Source: a virus. From it: DNA of 25,260 nucleotides. Location: the IMG/VR virus record IMGVR_UViG_3300023296_001674. One strand, written 5' to 3'. Shown here piece by piece: positions 7,458 through 13,850 of this stretch. Position numbers and translations under genes: made by a program. The notes beneath the pieces were generated by a model. That model was not told the DNA's origin. It searched no databases and saw nothing but the letters and a program-made list of their open reading frames with translations. Within the stretch, counting starts at the first letter, position 1; every line of letters starts with the position of its first letter.

Positions 7458-7527
7458 GCAGGGTTAATGGACTGTGTGTAAGTTTTGTGATTAAAAGGGA
7501 TGGTGCAAATCCAATTCCCCTGCGCCA
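7458..7527 (+). pseudogene. degenerate tRNA-like element sharing the GCAGGG…CCCTGC-G-CCA acceptor of the Phe-type genes
   Basis: Acceptor and CCA present; T arm weak (GGG/CCA); no resolvable anticodon arm. Confidence 0.25.
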
Positions 7528-7531
7528 AATT

Positions 7532-7604
7532 TGTTTGATCGTCTTTGGAATACAAGATACCGTTGTCGAAGGCGGAGACGTTGGTTCGAATCCAACTTGA
7601 ACAC
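7532..7604 (+). pseudogene. Asp-like tRNA pseudogene (loop GTCGAA region), no CCA
   Basis: Acceptor TGTTTGA/TTGAACA (two G·U pairs); D GTCT/AGAT; T arm GTTGG-TTCGAAT-CCAAC. Anticodon stem CCGTT/GGCGG leaves only a 6-nt loop. Confidence 0.35.
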
Positions 7605-7693
7605 TTATTGTTAGTAATGATTTTATGTACATAAATGATTTGCTAGGCGAAAGCCAATAGTTTGCTGGTTCTATTTCTTAAAAATCCTCTTAT

Positions 7694-7770
7694 GGTAGGT
7701 GTAGTGTTAACGGTTAGCACGTCAGACTGTGACTCTGAAAGTGCCGGTTCAAATCCGGTCATTTACCCCA
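7694..7770 (+). tRNA. tRNA-His (anticodon GUG) with encoded G-1 and C73; CCA encoded
   Basis: G-1, acceptor GTAGGTG/CATTTAC; D GTGT/GCAC; anticodon stem TCAGA/TCTGA, loop CTGTGAC; T arm GCCGG-TTCAAAT-CCGGT; C73-CCA. Confidence 0.8.
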
Positions 7771-7854
7771 AATTTAATGCTGCTTGAGTTCAGGGTTCCA
7801 AGTAGATATTGTGGCTAAACCTAGCCGGTTCTAGCGTGATAATAAATTTTTAAT
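7771..7854 (+). other. structured spacer with multiple hairpins (GGCTA-AAC-TAGCC; CTTG…CAAG), possible tRNA remnant or small RNA
   Basis: No cloverleaf recoverable; several short palindromes. Confidence 0.2.
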
Positions 7855-7930
7855 GGCTACGTAGTAATCTGGGATTACGGTGCACTGTCGATGCACGTCG
7901 AGGAGGGTTCAATTCCCTTCGTAGCCGCCA
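7855..7930 (+). tRNA. tRNA-Asp (anticodon GUC), CCA encoded
   Basis: Acceptor GGCTACG/CGTAGCC; D GTAA-TCTGGGA-TTAC; anticodon stem GTGCA/TGCAC, loop CTGTCGA; T arm GAGGG-TTCAATT-CCCTT; G73. Confidence 0.85.
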
Positions 7931-7932
7931 AT

Positions 7933-8004
7933 ACCCCAGCCGATGCATTCGGACTCGAGTTTTCGAAACTTGACGGGAAGGTTTGATTCCTTCTTGGGGT
8001 GCCA
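7933..8004 (+). tRNA. tRNA-Arg (anticodon UCG) with atypical architecture (D hairpin directly after acceptor; T loop TTTGATT); CCA encoded
   Basis: Acceptor ACCCCAG/TTGGGGT; hairpin CCGA-TGCAT-TCGG; anticodon stem CGAGT/ACTTG, loop TTTCGAA; T arm GAAGG-TTTGATT-CCTTC. Confidence 0.55.
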
Positions 8005-8028
8005 ATTTAAAGAACGAGGGTGTAAACC

Positions 8029-8076
8029 GGTAGGAACTTACGTTGAACGGGATTTGCGGCAAAACCTACTTGCCAA
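8029..8076 (+). other. tRNA-like mini-element: GGTAGG…CCTACTT-G-CCA without D/T arms; the GGTAGGAA…CCTACT motif is also present at 3229-3250
   Basis: 6-bp terminal helix and an encoded CCA-like end; the internal ~35 nt lack a T loop. Confidence 0.2.
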
Positions 8077-8120
8077 TTAACCTGTGATTTTAATAGTCGG
8101 TAGCACCCCGCAGAAATAAT

Positions 8121-8195
8121 GGTCTATTCGTATAGTGGCTAATACACCGGATTGTCGATCCGGGAACGAGAGTTCAATTCTCTCATAGACCGCCA
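8121..8195 (+). tRNA. tRNA-Asp (anticodon GUC), second copy; CCA encoded
   Basis: Acceptor GGTCTAT/ATAGACC; D GTAT-AGTGGCTA-ATAC; anticodon stem CCGGA/TCCGG, loop TTGTCGA; T arm GAGAG-TTCAATT-CTCTC. Confidence 0.8.
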
Positions 8196-8200
8196 ATTAA

Positions 8201-8278
8201 GGCCCATCGGTCCAGCATGGAGTGGACATTTCCCTGTCACGGAAAAGATCACCGGTTCAAGTCCGGTATGGGTCGCCA
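8201..8278 (+). tRNA. tRNA with anticodon GUC (third Asp-type), 10-nt D loop; CCA encoded
   Basis: Acceptor GGCCCAT/ATGGGTC; D GTCC/GGAC; anticodon stem TTTCC/GGAAA, loop CTGTCAC; T arm ACCGG-TTCAAGT-CCGGT. Confidence 0.7.
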
Positions 8279-8286
8279 AAATTCAA

Positions 8287-8362
8287 TTCAGATGACCAAG
8301 CAAGTGAACGGGACCGCCTGTTAAGCGGATATTGCAGGGAGCGTTACCCTGATCTGGAGCCA
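8287..8362 (+). tRNA. tRNA-Asn (anticodon GUU) with non-canonical T loop AGCGTTA; CCA encoded
   Basis: Acceptor TTCAGAT/ATCTGGA; anticodon stem (A)CCGC/GCGG(A), loop CTGTTAA; T stem CAGGG/CCCTG perfect but loop lacks TTC; weak D stem. Confidence 0.5.
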
Positions 8363-8991
8363 ATAACTTTATATTTTTTGTCCCATTCATTTATTCGATG
8401 GTATAAATCATATAATGATAAACTTGAATGACGATTTTTAGATGAATTTTCTGGCTGTGGCATTATCTTGCAGTTCGCTGGATGTGATATATGATTTGGG
8501 TCTATTTTGTTTACAAATCCATCATGTACACTATACATGTGATCTCTTGTTAATCCGTTTTTATTTTTGGTACTATGATACATGCCCTGTTGATGTATCA
8601 TTATAAAATCAAATTCTTCTGGAAATGTTTGAAATGAAAATATAAATTTACATTGTTCTTTATATTTTATCTTCTCAATCATGTATTCTTGTGGTGTCAC
8701 CCTCATGGCATTTGTGCAAGTAACTGCACAACTTCTTCCGCAATAATATTCACGAGTTCCGGTTATAGGGCTAAATTTATTATTACATGTTGGATTTTTA
8801 CACTCGATTAGTCGTTTTTGATATTTTGTTAAATTTTTTACCGATATTTCTTTTTTGGTGAATATGCAACTACATGTAATATGTGATATTTTACCGTTGC
8901 TTTTGCCATGCATACGTGAATGACCATTCAATGCCATTAAGGATTTAAATTGATTATCGCATATATTACATGTATAAATATCTTTAGACAT
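8344..8991 (-). CDS. HNH-family homing-endonuclease-like protein with N-terminal C2H2 zinc finger (CNICDNQFKSLMALNGHSRMH); paralog 2 of 4
   Basis: Start trimmed to the Met at 8989-8991, which has a strong SD (GGAGG 6 nt upstream on minus strand). The ORF-track extension to 9204 runs through the plus-strand tRNA at 9081-9166. C-terminal HNH block shared with paralogs. Confidence 0.75.
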   Translation of the reverse strand: MSKDIYTCNICDNQFKSLMALNGHSRMHGKSNGKISHITCSCIFTKKEISVKNLTKYQKRLIECKNPTCNNKFSPITGTREYYCGRSCAVTCTNAMRVTPQEYMIEKIKYKEQCKFIFSFQTFPEEFDFIMIHQQGMYHSTKNKNGLTRDHMYSVHDGFVNKIDPNHISHPANCKIMPQPENSSKNRHSSLSLYDLYHRINEWDKKYKVIGSRSG

Positions 8992-9080
8992 TATCAACCT
9001 CCATTGGTTGTTATAGTTTAGAAGATATGGGGAATTCCAGTTCTCTATATCTTCGTTAGTATTTATCAATAACATATTAT

Positions 9081-9166
9081 TCGGATATAGGAGAATTGGT
9101 AGACCCAGAAGATTGTTAATCTTCCGCAGCAATGCATTCCAGGTTCGAGTCCTGGTATCCGAGCCA
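9081..9166 (+). tRNA. class-II (long variable arm) tRNA with Leu-like D loop (GAATTGGTAGAC), G73 and anticodon GUU (Asn codons); CCA encoded
   Basis: Acceptor TCGGATA/TATCCGA perfect; anticodon stem GAAGA/TCTTC perfect, loop TTGTTAA; variable arm 14 nt (GCA-GCAA-TGC); T arm CCAGG-TTCGAGT-CCTGG; G73-CCA. Confidence 0.55.
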
Positions 9167-9215
9167 ATAACACCGTAGCGTAGAAAATAGTTACTTCGTT
9201 TCACTCACGACTGGA

Positions 9216-9275
9216 ATGGGTTCGATTCCCATGCCCTGCGTAAGCAGGGTTTAGTGTAATGGTAGCACAGTATAT
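9216..9275 (+). other. permuted tRNA fragments: T-arm + 3' acceptor (ATGGG-TTCGATT-CCCAT-GCCCTGC) followed by GTAA and a 5' tRNA half (GCAGGGT-TT-AGTG-TAATGGTAG-CAC); the acceptor halves form a terminator-like hairpin
   Basis: CCCTGC-GTAA-GCAGGG hairpin followed by TTT; neither fragment has its partner half. Confidence 0.35.
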
Positions 9276-9353
9276 CTCTATTTTCGTTTTTTACTCGGTG
9301 TTGTTATTAATAAATAGAATTATACAAATTATTAGATTGGAGTTGTTATTTAA

Positions 9354-9677
9354 ATGAGTGACGAACGACGAAATAGTTCCAGATTTTCGACTGGGCGTGT
9401 ATCATATTTACGATTGAACGATTATTATTTTCCATTGGTTGATATTAGTGATGATGGATTTTTTGCGGAATGCAGTGATGGTTCATTGAGTATTGGCGAT
9501 GTTGTTGATATTGAAATACATATCAGTGATCGACATGGAATAGCTACATTTAACACTGAAACAGAGATACTGCGTGTTGGCGGTAGATTTATTGCAGGAA
9601 AATGGGATTTAGAATTAAACAGGGCTACGGATTGCGTTAAAACTTATTTTGACAATAGGCACGCACAAGTAGCATAA
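9354..9677 (+). CDS. PilZ-domain-like protein (candidate c-di-GMP binding), 107 aa
   Basis: N-terminal RRNSSR (RxxxR) followed by DISDDG and DGSLSIG, matching the PilZ RxxxR…(D/N)xSxxG signature; SD TGGAG upstream. Confidence 0.5.
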   Translation: MSDERRNSSRFSTGRVSYLRLNDYYFPLVDISDDGFFAECSDGSLSIGDVVDIEIHISDRHGIATFNTETEILRVGGRFIAGKWDLELNRATDCVKTYFDNRHAQVA

Positions 9678-9684
9678 TACAAAT

Positions 9685-9759
<75 letters not shown>

Positions 9760-9849
9760 TATCGATGCGTAGTGTTAAGTTACTTCGATTTTTTTTAAAT
9801 AAAAAACCCAAAAACTCTTAATATGTCTTTTTCACGATGTTGATTTCAT

Positions 9850-9923
9850 AGGGGTATCGTATAGTGGTAATACGGTGGATTCCAAACTCACAGACCGGGG
9901 TTCGATCCCTCGTTCCCCTGCCA
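9850..9923 (+). tRNA. tRNA-Trp (anticodon CCA), CCA encoded
   Basis: Acceptor AGGGGTA/TTCCCCT; D GTAT/ATAC; anticodon stem GTGGA/CTCAC, loop TTCCAAA; T arm CGGGG-TTCGATC-CCTCG. Confidence 0.7.
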
Positions 9924-9939
9924 ATTTAACGAGAATAAC

Positions 9940-11166
9940 ATGCATTTTATAATAAGTATCGATAGTGTATCAACGGATAGTCGGCATTATGACTGTGCCA
10001 AAAGTGATGAAAACTGTTGGCTTGATATATACGATGGCAATATCTATAACGATACTATATTAACCAATGCATTTTCATATAAAAACAAAACGATAAAACT
10101 TGATAAAGGTTGGCATACATTAGACCGCGACAAAGATGTTGTATGGTTTAAGGGTTATTCAACAGAAGCAAGATTGATTGATAGGGTTGAAGCCCGTAAT
10201 TATTCATCAATGGATGGAAATTATTGTTTTATTGTGTTTGATAAAACGACAGAATGTATTAACATATATCATGATACCAATCGTGGATTTGGTATATATT
10301 ATACAGATTCTATTATAACCAATTTATATACAATCAAAACATGCGTTAAGTTTGACGGGTGTATCATGGTAGATCACAATGACGAAATAATTGTTTCATC
10401 GTTACAGACAACGTTCACATTGCCTGATATAATTAAAGACAAATCTATTGACGATATGGCTGCTATTATAGCGCCTATGATGATTAAGAAAATCGAAGGA
10501 TTTATGAAATATAATAATGTGGTTGATTTAGAAATACAAGCAACTGGCGGTTTAGATACATTAACGGTGCGTGCATTATTAGATATCTGCGCGATTGATT
10601 ATAAATTGATTGATATAAAACCATTTAAAGATGGATGCAACTGGACTAATGATACAAATTCAATGATGGATATATTATCAAAATATCATTGGGGATTTCA
10701 GCAATGCAATTATTATGATGATATTACATATGTTGCCACTGGTTTTTGGGGCGATGAGTTATTGATGCGCAATCCGCTTCAAGTTCATTGGATATTGAAT
10801 CATTATGATATTGATTTATCGAATGAATATACAAAGCACCCTGATTCATATATGCTAGGATATTTTCAACAAGCGTATAAAGAGAAACTTATAGAACGCG
10901 ATAAAATATTTTCCAATGAAAATGAATTATATCAATATTCATTAGATTATGCACTTGATGAACCACAGATAACGCATGTTGATAATGTTATAATGTTTTC
11001 ACCATTTAAGGGTATTGACATATATATGAAAACACTCAATATGACGAATGAGGCAATATTAGAACAGGTTATAAATGGTGCACTGCAAAAGAAAATTATA
11101 TACGATATTAATCCTAAGTTATTGGATTGCTTAGAAAAATATAAAAATAGAAGAATACCAGTGTAA
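9940..11166 (+). CDS. PP-loop ATP pyrophosphatase-family protein, asparagine-synthetase-like C-domain (408 aa); N-terminal domain lacks the Ntn catalytic Cys
   Basis: …LEIQATGGLDTLTVRALL… resembles the SGGxDS PP-loop at the position expected for AsnB-type enzymes. Confidence 0.5.
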   Translation: MHFIISIDSVSTDSRHYDCAKSDENCWLDIYDGNIYNDTILTNAFSYKNKTIKLDKGWHTLDRDKDVVWFKGYSTEARLIDRVEARNYSSMDGNYCFIVFDKTTECINIYHDTNRGFGIYYTDSIITNLYTIKTCVKFDGCIMVDHNDEIIVSSLQTTFTLPDIIKDKSIDDMAAIIAPMMIKKIEGFMKYNNVVDLEIQATGGLDTLTVRALLDICAIDYKLIDIKPFKDGCNWTNDTNSMMDILSKYHWGFQQCNYYDDITYVATGFWGDELLMRNPLQVHWILNHYDIDLSNEYTKHPDSYMLGYFQQAYKEKLIERDKIFSNENELYQYSLDYALDEPQITHVDNVIMFSPFKGIDIYMKTLNMTNEAILEQVINGALQKKIIYDINPKLLDCLEKYKNRRIPV

Positions 11167-11228
11167 TATACCCCGCCCGAAAAGTAAAAATAGCTGTTAA
11201 GTATTTCATAAATAAGCATAAATACTAT

Positions 11229-11498
11229 ATGGATAATAGTACATTAATAGCGTTAGGAAGTTTGTTGTTTGCCATGATTGGTGGATTTTGGGGTGTCATA
11301 ACATACATCCTTGGAATCATCAAGGTGGAAAACGTTGAACGTCGTGGTGTCCAAGAAAAATTATATATGCGCGATGATGTAGCCAAAGATGTAATGAACG
11401 AAAGTTTAACAGAAGTAAAAAGTACCATCCGTGATACGAATGATAGACTCATACGTGTAGAAACAATATTATATGAAAGAACTGATAGAACAAAATAA
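11229..11498 (+). CDS. small membrane protein (N-terminal TM helix plus charged coiled-coil tail), 89 aa
   Basis: Hydrophobic segment LIALGSLLFAMIGGFWGVITYILGII followed by a charged tail; overlaps the next gene start. Confidence 0.5.
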   Translation: MDNSTLIALGSLLFAMIGGFWGVITYILGIIKVENVERRGVQEKLYMRDDVAKDVMNESLTEVKSTIRDTNDRLIRVETILYERTDRTK

Positions 11499-12108
11499 AA
11501 TATGGTTTTTAAGCAAAACGGTAATACGTTGTATAAATAGTTATATGGTTGATTTAAGAAAGAGTTTGCAAACACCAAAAGTTTGCTGTATTGAATGTAA
11601 AACAATATTTAGAACTAATCATTTTGTTAGACACTCGAAGAAGCGATGTATTGAGTGGAAAAAGAAAAACGGCATGATCCCAAAAGGGAAGCGTGGCGGT
11701 TGGAATAAAGGATTAACGAAAATGACTAGTTCGTTGGTCAAAAAAGGAACCGATACTTATCGTCGCCGTTATGAAAATGGTGAATATACACGACGCACAC
11801 AAACCGATGATATAAAGAAACAATATTGGCAAGATTGTAAATTTAAATTCAATGTTTATAATTATCCTGAAATATTTGACTTAAATTTACTCGATAAATT
11901 TGGGTGGTATCATCCTGTAGAAAATCCAAGTGGCGTAAGTAGAGATCATATTATTTCTGTATCATATGGATGGAAAAATGGTATAGATTCGAATATTATT
12001 AATCATATAGCCAATTGTAAATTGATGATTCATTTAGAAAATAACAAAAAAAATAATCGATCTGATTTATTATTAGAAGAATTATTACAAAAAATACACT
12101 CTATGTAG
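11473..12108 (+). CDS. HNH-family homing-endonuclease-like protein with N-terminal Cys-rich motif (CCIECKT…H…H); paralog 3 of 4; TAG stop
   Basis: C-terminal block YWQDCKFKFNVYNYPEIFDLNLLDKFGWYHPVENPSGVSRDHIISVSYGWKNGIDSNIINHIANCKLMIHLENNKKN shared with the other three. Confidence 0.8.
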   Translation: MKELIEQNKIWFLSKTVIRCINSYMVDLRKSLQTPKVCCIECKTIFRTNHFVRHSKKRCIEWKKKNGMIPKGKRGGWNKGLTKMTSSLVKKGTDTYRRRYENGEYTRRTQTDDIKKQYWQDCKFKFNVYNYPEIFDLNLLDKFGWYHPVENPSGVSRDHIISVSYGWKNGIDSNIINHIANCKLMIHLENNKKNNRSDLLLEELLQKIHSM

Positions 12109-12139
12109 GGGTGGTGTGAATCTGAACCCTTACTCCAAT

Positions 12140-12213
12140 GTTCCGTTGACAGAATGGTTATGTGCGTGGCTGCAACCCGCGTTATCCCGGTTCGATTCCG
12201 GGACGGAACTCCA
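12140..12213 (+). tRNA. tRNA-Cys (anticodon GCA), CCA encoded
   Basis: Acceptor GTTCCGT/ACGGAAC; anticodon stem CGTGG/CCGCG, loop CTGCAAC; T arm CCCGG-TTCGATT-CCGGG. Confidence 0.8.
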
Positions 12214-12221
12214 ATACATAT

Positions 12222-12296
12222 GCCCGGTTCGTCCAACGGTTAGGACACTCTCCCGATAAGAGAGGAATAGTGGTTCGATTCCACTACTGGGTACCA
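12222..12296 (+). tRNA. tRNA-Ile (anticodon GAU; C at position 33), CCA encoded
   Basis: Acceptor GCCCGGT/ACTGGGT; D GTCC-AACGGTTA-GGAC; anticodon stem CTCTC/GAGAG, loop CCGATAA; T arm AGTGG-TTCGATT-CCACT. Confidence 0.7.
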
Positions 12297-12317
12297 ATCA
12301 AACAATTTGACCTTAAT

Positions 12318-12391
12318 GGTCCGTTAGCTTAATAGAAAAGCACATGGCTGATAACCGTGCGACGGTGGAGCGTAACCATCACGGACTACCA
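12318..12391 (+). tRNA. tRNA-Ile (anticodon GAU), second copy, non-canonical T loop AGCGTAA; CCA encoded
   Basis: Acceptor GGTCCGT/ACGGACT; D GCTT/AAGC; anticodon stem CATGG/CCGTG, loop CTGATAA; T stem GGTGG/CCATC. Confidence 0.65.
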
Positions 12392-12452
12392 ATTATGACA
12401 TGATAGTTTAAACAGCTTATTAAATCCATGGATTGTGAGCAAAAGTAGAACA

Positions 12453-12470
12453 TGCCCGTATTCGGGGCAA
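12453..12470 (+). other. GC hairpin GCCCG-TATT-CGGGG in spacer (no T run)
   Basis: Seen in sequence; function unknown. Confidence 0.2.
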
Positions 12471-12507
12471 GATGAGGTGAAATGCCTTGAATGTCGCCAA
12501 GTTTAAT

Positions 12508-12581
12508 GCGGGTATCGTATAATGGAATTACTACACATTGCCTATGTGTAGACGGGGGTTCGATTCCCCCTACCCGCTCCA
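12508..12581 (+). tRNA. tRNA-Gly (anticodon GCC), second copy sharing the acceptor stem and T73 of the gene at 9685; CCA encoded
   Basis: Acceptor GCGGGTA/TACCCGC; anticodon stem ACACA/TGTGT, loop TTGCCTA; T arm GGGGG-TTCGATT-CCCCC. Confidence 0.8.
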
Positions 12582-12593
12582 ATAAATAGAAAT

Positions 12594-12848
12594 ATGAACA
12601 GAGAAACATTTGCCAATGCGTTAGAATACTATAGAAATATCAATATCCCACATGGATTTGATACGTGGGCTTATTTTGATGATATGCCGCCTGTTTTAAA
12701 GGAACGTGTTCGTGAATCGATGTCAAATAGAAATAGTGTAGCCATACATCAGATATTCAATGACGATGGCATGGAAGTGGCTATTGCAGTTCTAAATTTT
12801 TTAGACGAAACTGAAAAAGCGCAATATTATAAAACATACGACGATTAA
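12594..12848 (+). CDS. hypothetical protein (84 aa)
   Basis: ORF immediately downstream of tRNA-Gly; weak SD. Confidence 0.45.
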   Translation: MNRETFANALEYYRNINIPHGFDTWAYFDDMPPVLKERVRESMSNRNSVAIHQIFNDDGMEVAIAVLNFLDETEKAQYYKTYDD

Positions 12849-12851
12849 TAT

Positions 12852-12938
12852 AGAAGTACTTTGTATTGGTGAACTCAGCAGTCTCCAAAACTGTGTCGCA
12901 TTTGTGACTGGTAGGTTCGAATCCTACTACTTCTGCCA
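12852..12938 (+). tRNA. class-II tRNA (16-nt variable arm with 5-bp stem, G73) carrying anticodon CCA (UGG codon); CCA encoded
   Basis: Acceptor AGAAGTA/TACTTCT perfect; anticodon stem GCAGT/ACTGT, loop CTCCAAA; variable arm GTCGC-ATTT-GTGAC; T arm GTAGG-TTCGAAT-CCTAC perfect. Confidence 0.55.
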
Positions 12939-12993
12939 ATTTAACTCCCCATGATAAATATCATTTGTGACATAACGCGAATGGGGTAATATC

Positions 12994-13326
12994 ATGATGG
13001 ACGATGATACAAAAAACAGGTTCATAAAAACATTCAGTGATTATATCACAATGATTAAAGGCAAGCATGAATGTGCAAGACTTGTTGATATTAAAATGAT
13101 GGATTTATATACAATTGCGCCACATATATGCATTGTAGATATAGAACATCCATCGTTACGAAAGAAAATTATATTTTTTGGAACACAATTGGTATTAAAC
13201 GCTAATGCTGATTTAACTGGAACATACCTCGACTATGATGAATTAAACATTGATGATATATCCTTTCCATTATATGGTGATGGTGATATTATTGATCACA
13301 TTATAAGTGTTTCATTCAAAAATTAA
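12994..13326 (+). CDS. hypothetical protein (110 aa)
   Basis: ORF. A CCCCAT…ATGGGG hairpin spanning ~12949-12988 sits just upstream (12949-12954 and 12983-12988 are the stems) and may occlude the RBS. Confidence 0.5.
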   Translation: MMDDDTKNRFIKTFSDYITMIKGKHECARLVDIKMMDLYTIAPHICIVDIEHPSLRKKIIFFGTQLVLNANADLTGTYLDYDELNIDDISFPLYGDGDIIDHIISVSFKN

Positions 13327-13327
13327 T

Positions 13328-13400
13328 ATACCTCCGCTGATGGTTCAGACATAAGCTTGCGAAGCTTGTTGGGAAAGTTCGATTCTTTTCGGGGGTTCCA
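13328..13400 (+). tRNA. tRNA-Arg-like (anticodon GCG) with the same atypical D architecture as 7933-8004; CCA encoded
   Basis: Acceptor ACCTCCG/CGGGGGT; hairpin CTGA-TGGTT-TCAG; anticodon stem TAAGC/GCTTG, loop TTGCGAA; T arm GAAAG-TTCGATT-CTTTT. Confidence 0.5.
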
Positions 13401-13439
13401 ATATTGTTATAGCTATGGAAATTAGTTCCTTCTTATCCC

Positions 13440-13479
13440 AACCTGTAGGTCGTAGGTTCGAATCCTGCTCCTCGCGCCA
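13440..13479 (+). pseudogene. tRNA 3' fragment (T arm GTAGG-TTCGAAT-CCTGC + TCCTCGC-G-CCA) with no 5' partner
   Basis: No complementary 5' acceptor strand within 100 nt upstream. Confidence 0.3.
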
Positions 13480-13484
13480 ATTAT

Positions 13485-13531
13485 GCGGGGATAGCTCAGT
13501 GGTAGAGCAACTGGCAATTTTACTGGTTCCA
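13485..13531 (+). pseudogene. truncated tRNA: intact 5' half (GCGGGGA-TA-GCTC-AGTGGTA-GAGC-A…) joined after the anticodon loop directly to …TTCCA
   Basis: 47 nt; D arm perfect; T arm and 3' acceptor missing. Confidence 0.35.
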
Positions 13532-13562
13532 ATTATTATAGCAATATTTTATTAAATAGGTC

Positions 13563-13757
13563 ATGAACAAGTATGACACGGCGTATAGAAATCGCATTGC
13601 TGCCCAACGCAAACAGTGGGCAAACAATACGAAACAGCGTTTGTGGAATAAACGAATAAAGATATTGTATATTGCATGTGTATGTATTATAATCTCTTTA
13701 TCGGTTGCGGCAGAAGTATTTGGATATTTAAATATAATATTTGGTTTTTTGTTGTAA
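13563..13757 (+). CDS. small membrane protein (64 aa; basic N-terminus, C-terminal TM helix)
   Basis: ORF; hydrophobic C-terminus ILYIACVCIIISLSVAAEVFGYLNIIFGFLL. Confidence 0.45.
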   Translation: MNKYDTAYRNRIAAQRKQWANNTKQRLWNKRIKILYIACVCIIISLSVAAEVFGYLNIIFGFLL

Positions 13758-13764
13758 CATGATA

Positions 13765-13843
13765 TTGACTAGTAGCTCAGTGGTTTAGAGCGGGGAGTTC
13801 TAAACTCTCGACAGCGTTGGTTCAAATCCAACCTGGTCAACCA
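13765..13843 (+). tRNA. putative amber-suppressor tRNA (anticodon CUA, reads UAG); CCA encoded
   Basis: Acceptor TGACTAG/CTGGTCA; D GCTC-AGTGGTTTA-GAGC; anticodon stem GGGAG/CTCTC, loop TTCTAAA (U33, C34-U35-A36, A37); 7-nt variable region; T arm GTTGG-TTCAAAT-CCAAC; A73-CCA. Confidence 0.6.
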
Positions 13844-13850
13844 ATACTAA

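Noticed and set aside
7201-8431. Minus- and plus-strand ORFs 7201-7392, 7393-7632, 7850-8062, 8222-8431
   Set aside because: Overlap the tRNA-His, tRNA-Asp and tRNA-Arg genes and tRNA remnants; translated products are rich in tRNA-arm-derived motifs.
8992-9204. N-terminal 71-aa extension of the HNH ORF (ORF-track start at 9204)
   Set aside because: The extension is antisense to the well-formed class-II tRNA at 9081-9166. A strong SD (GGAGG) sits 6 nt upstream of the internal Met at 8991, and paralogs begin at the equivalent CxxC region.
10947-11605. Minus-strand ORFs 10947-11219 and 11225-11605
   Set aside because: Antisense to well-supported plus-strand genes (PP-loop ATPase, membrane protein, HNH); hydrophobic low-complexity translations typical of AT-rich antisense frames.
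12030-12609. Minus-strand ORFs 12030-12236 and 12379-12609
   Set aside because: Overlap tRNA-Cys, tRNA-Ile x2 and tRNA-Gly genes.
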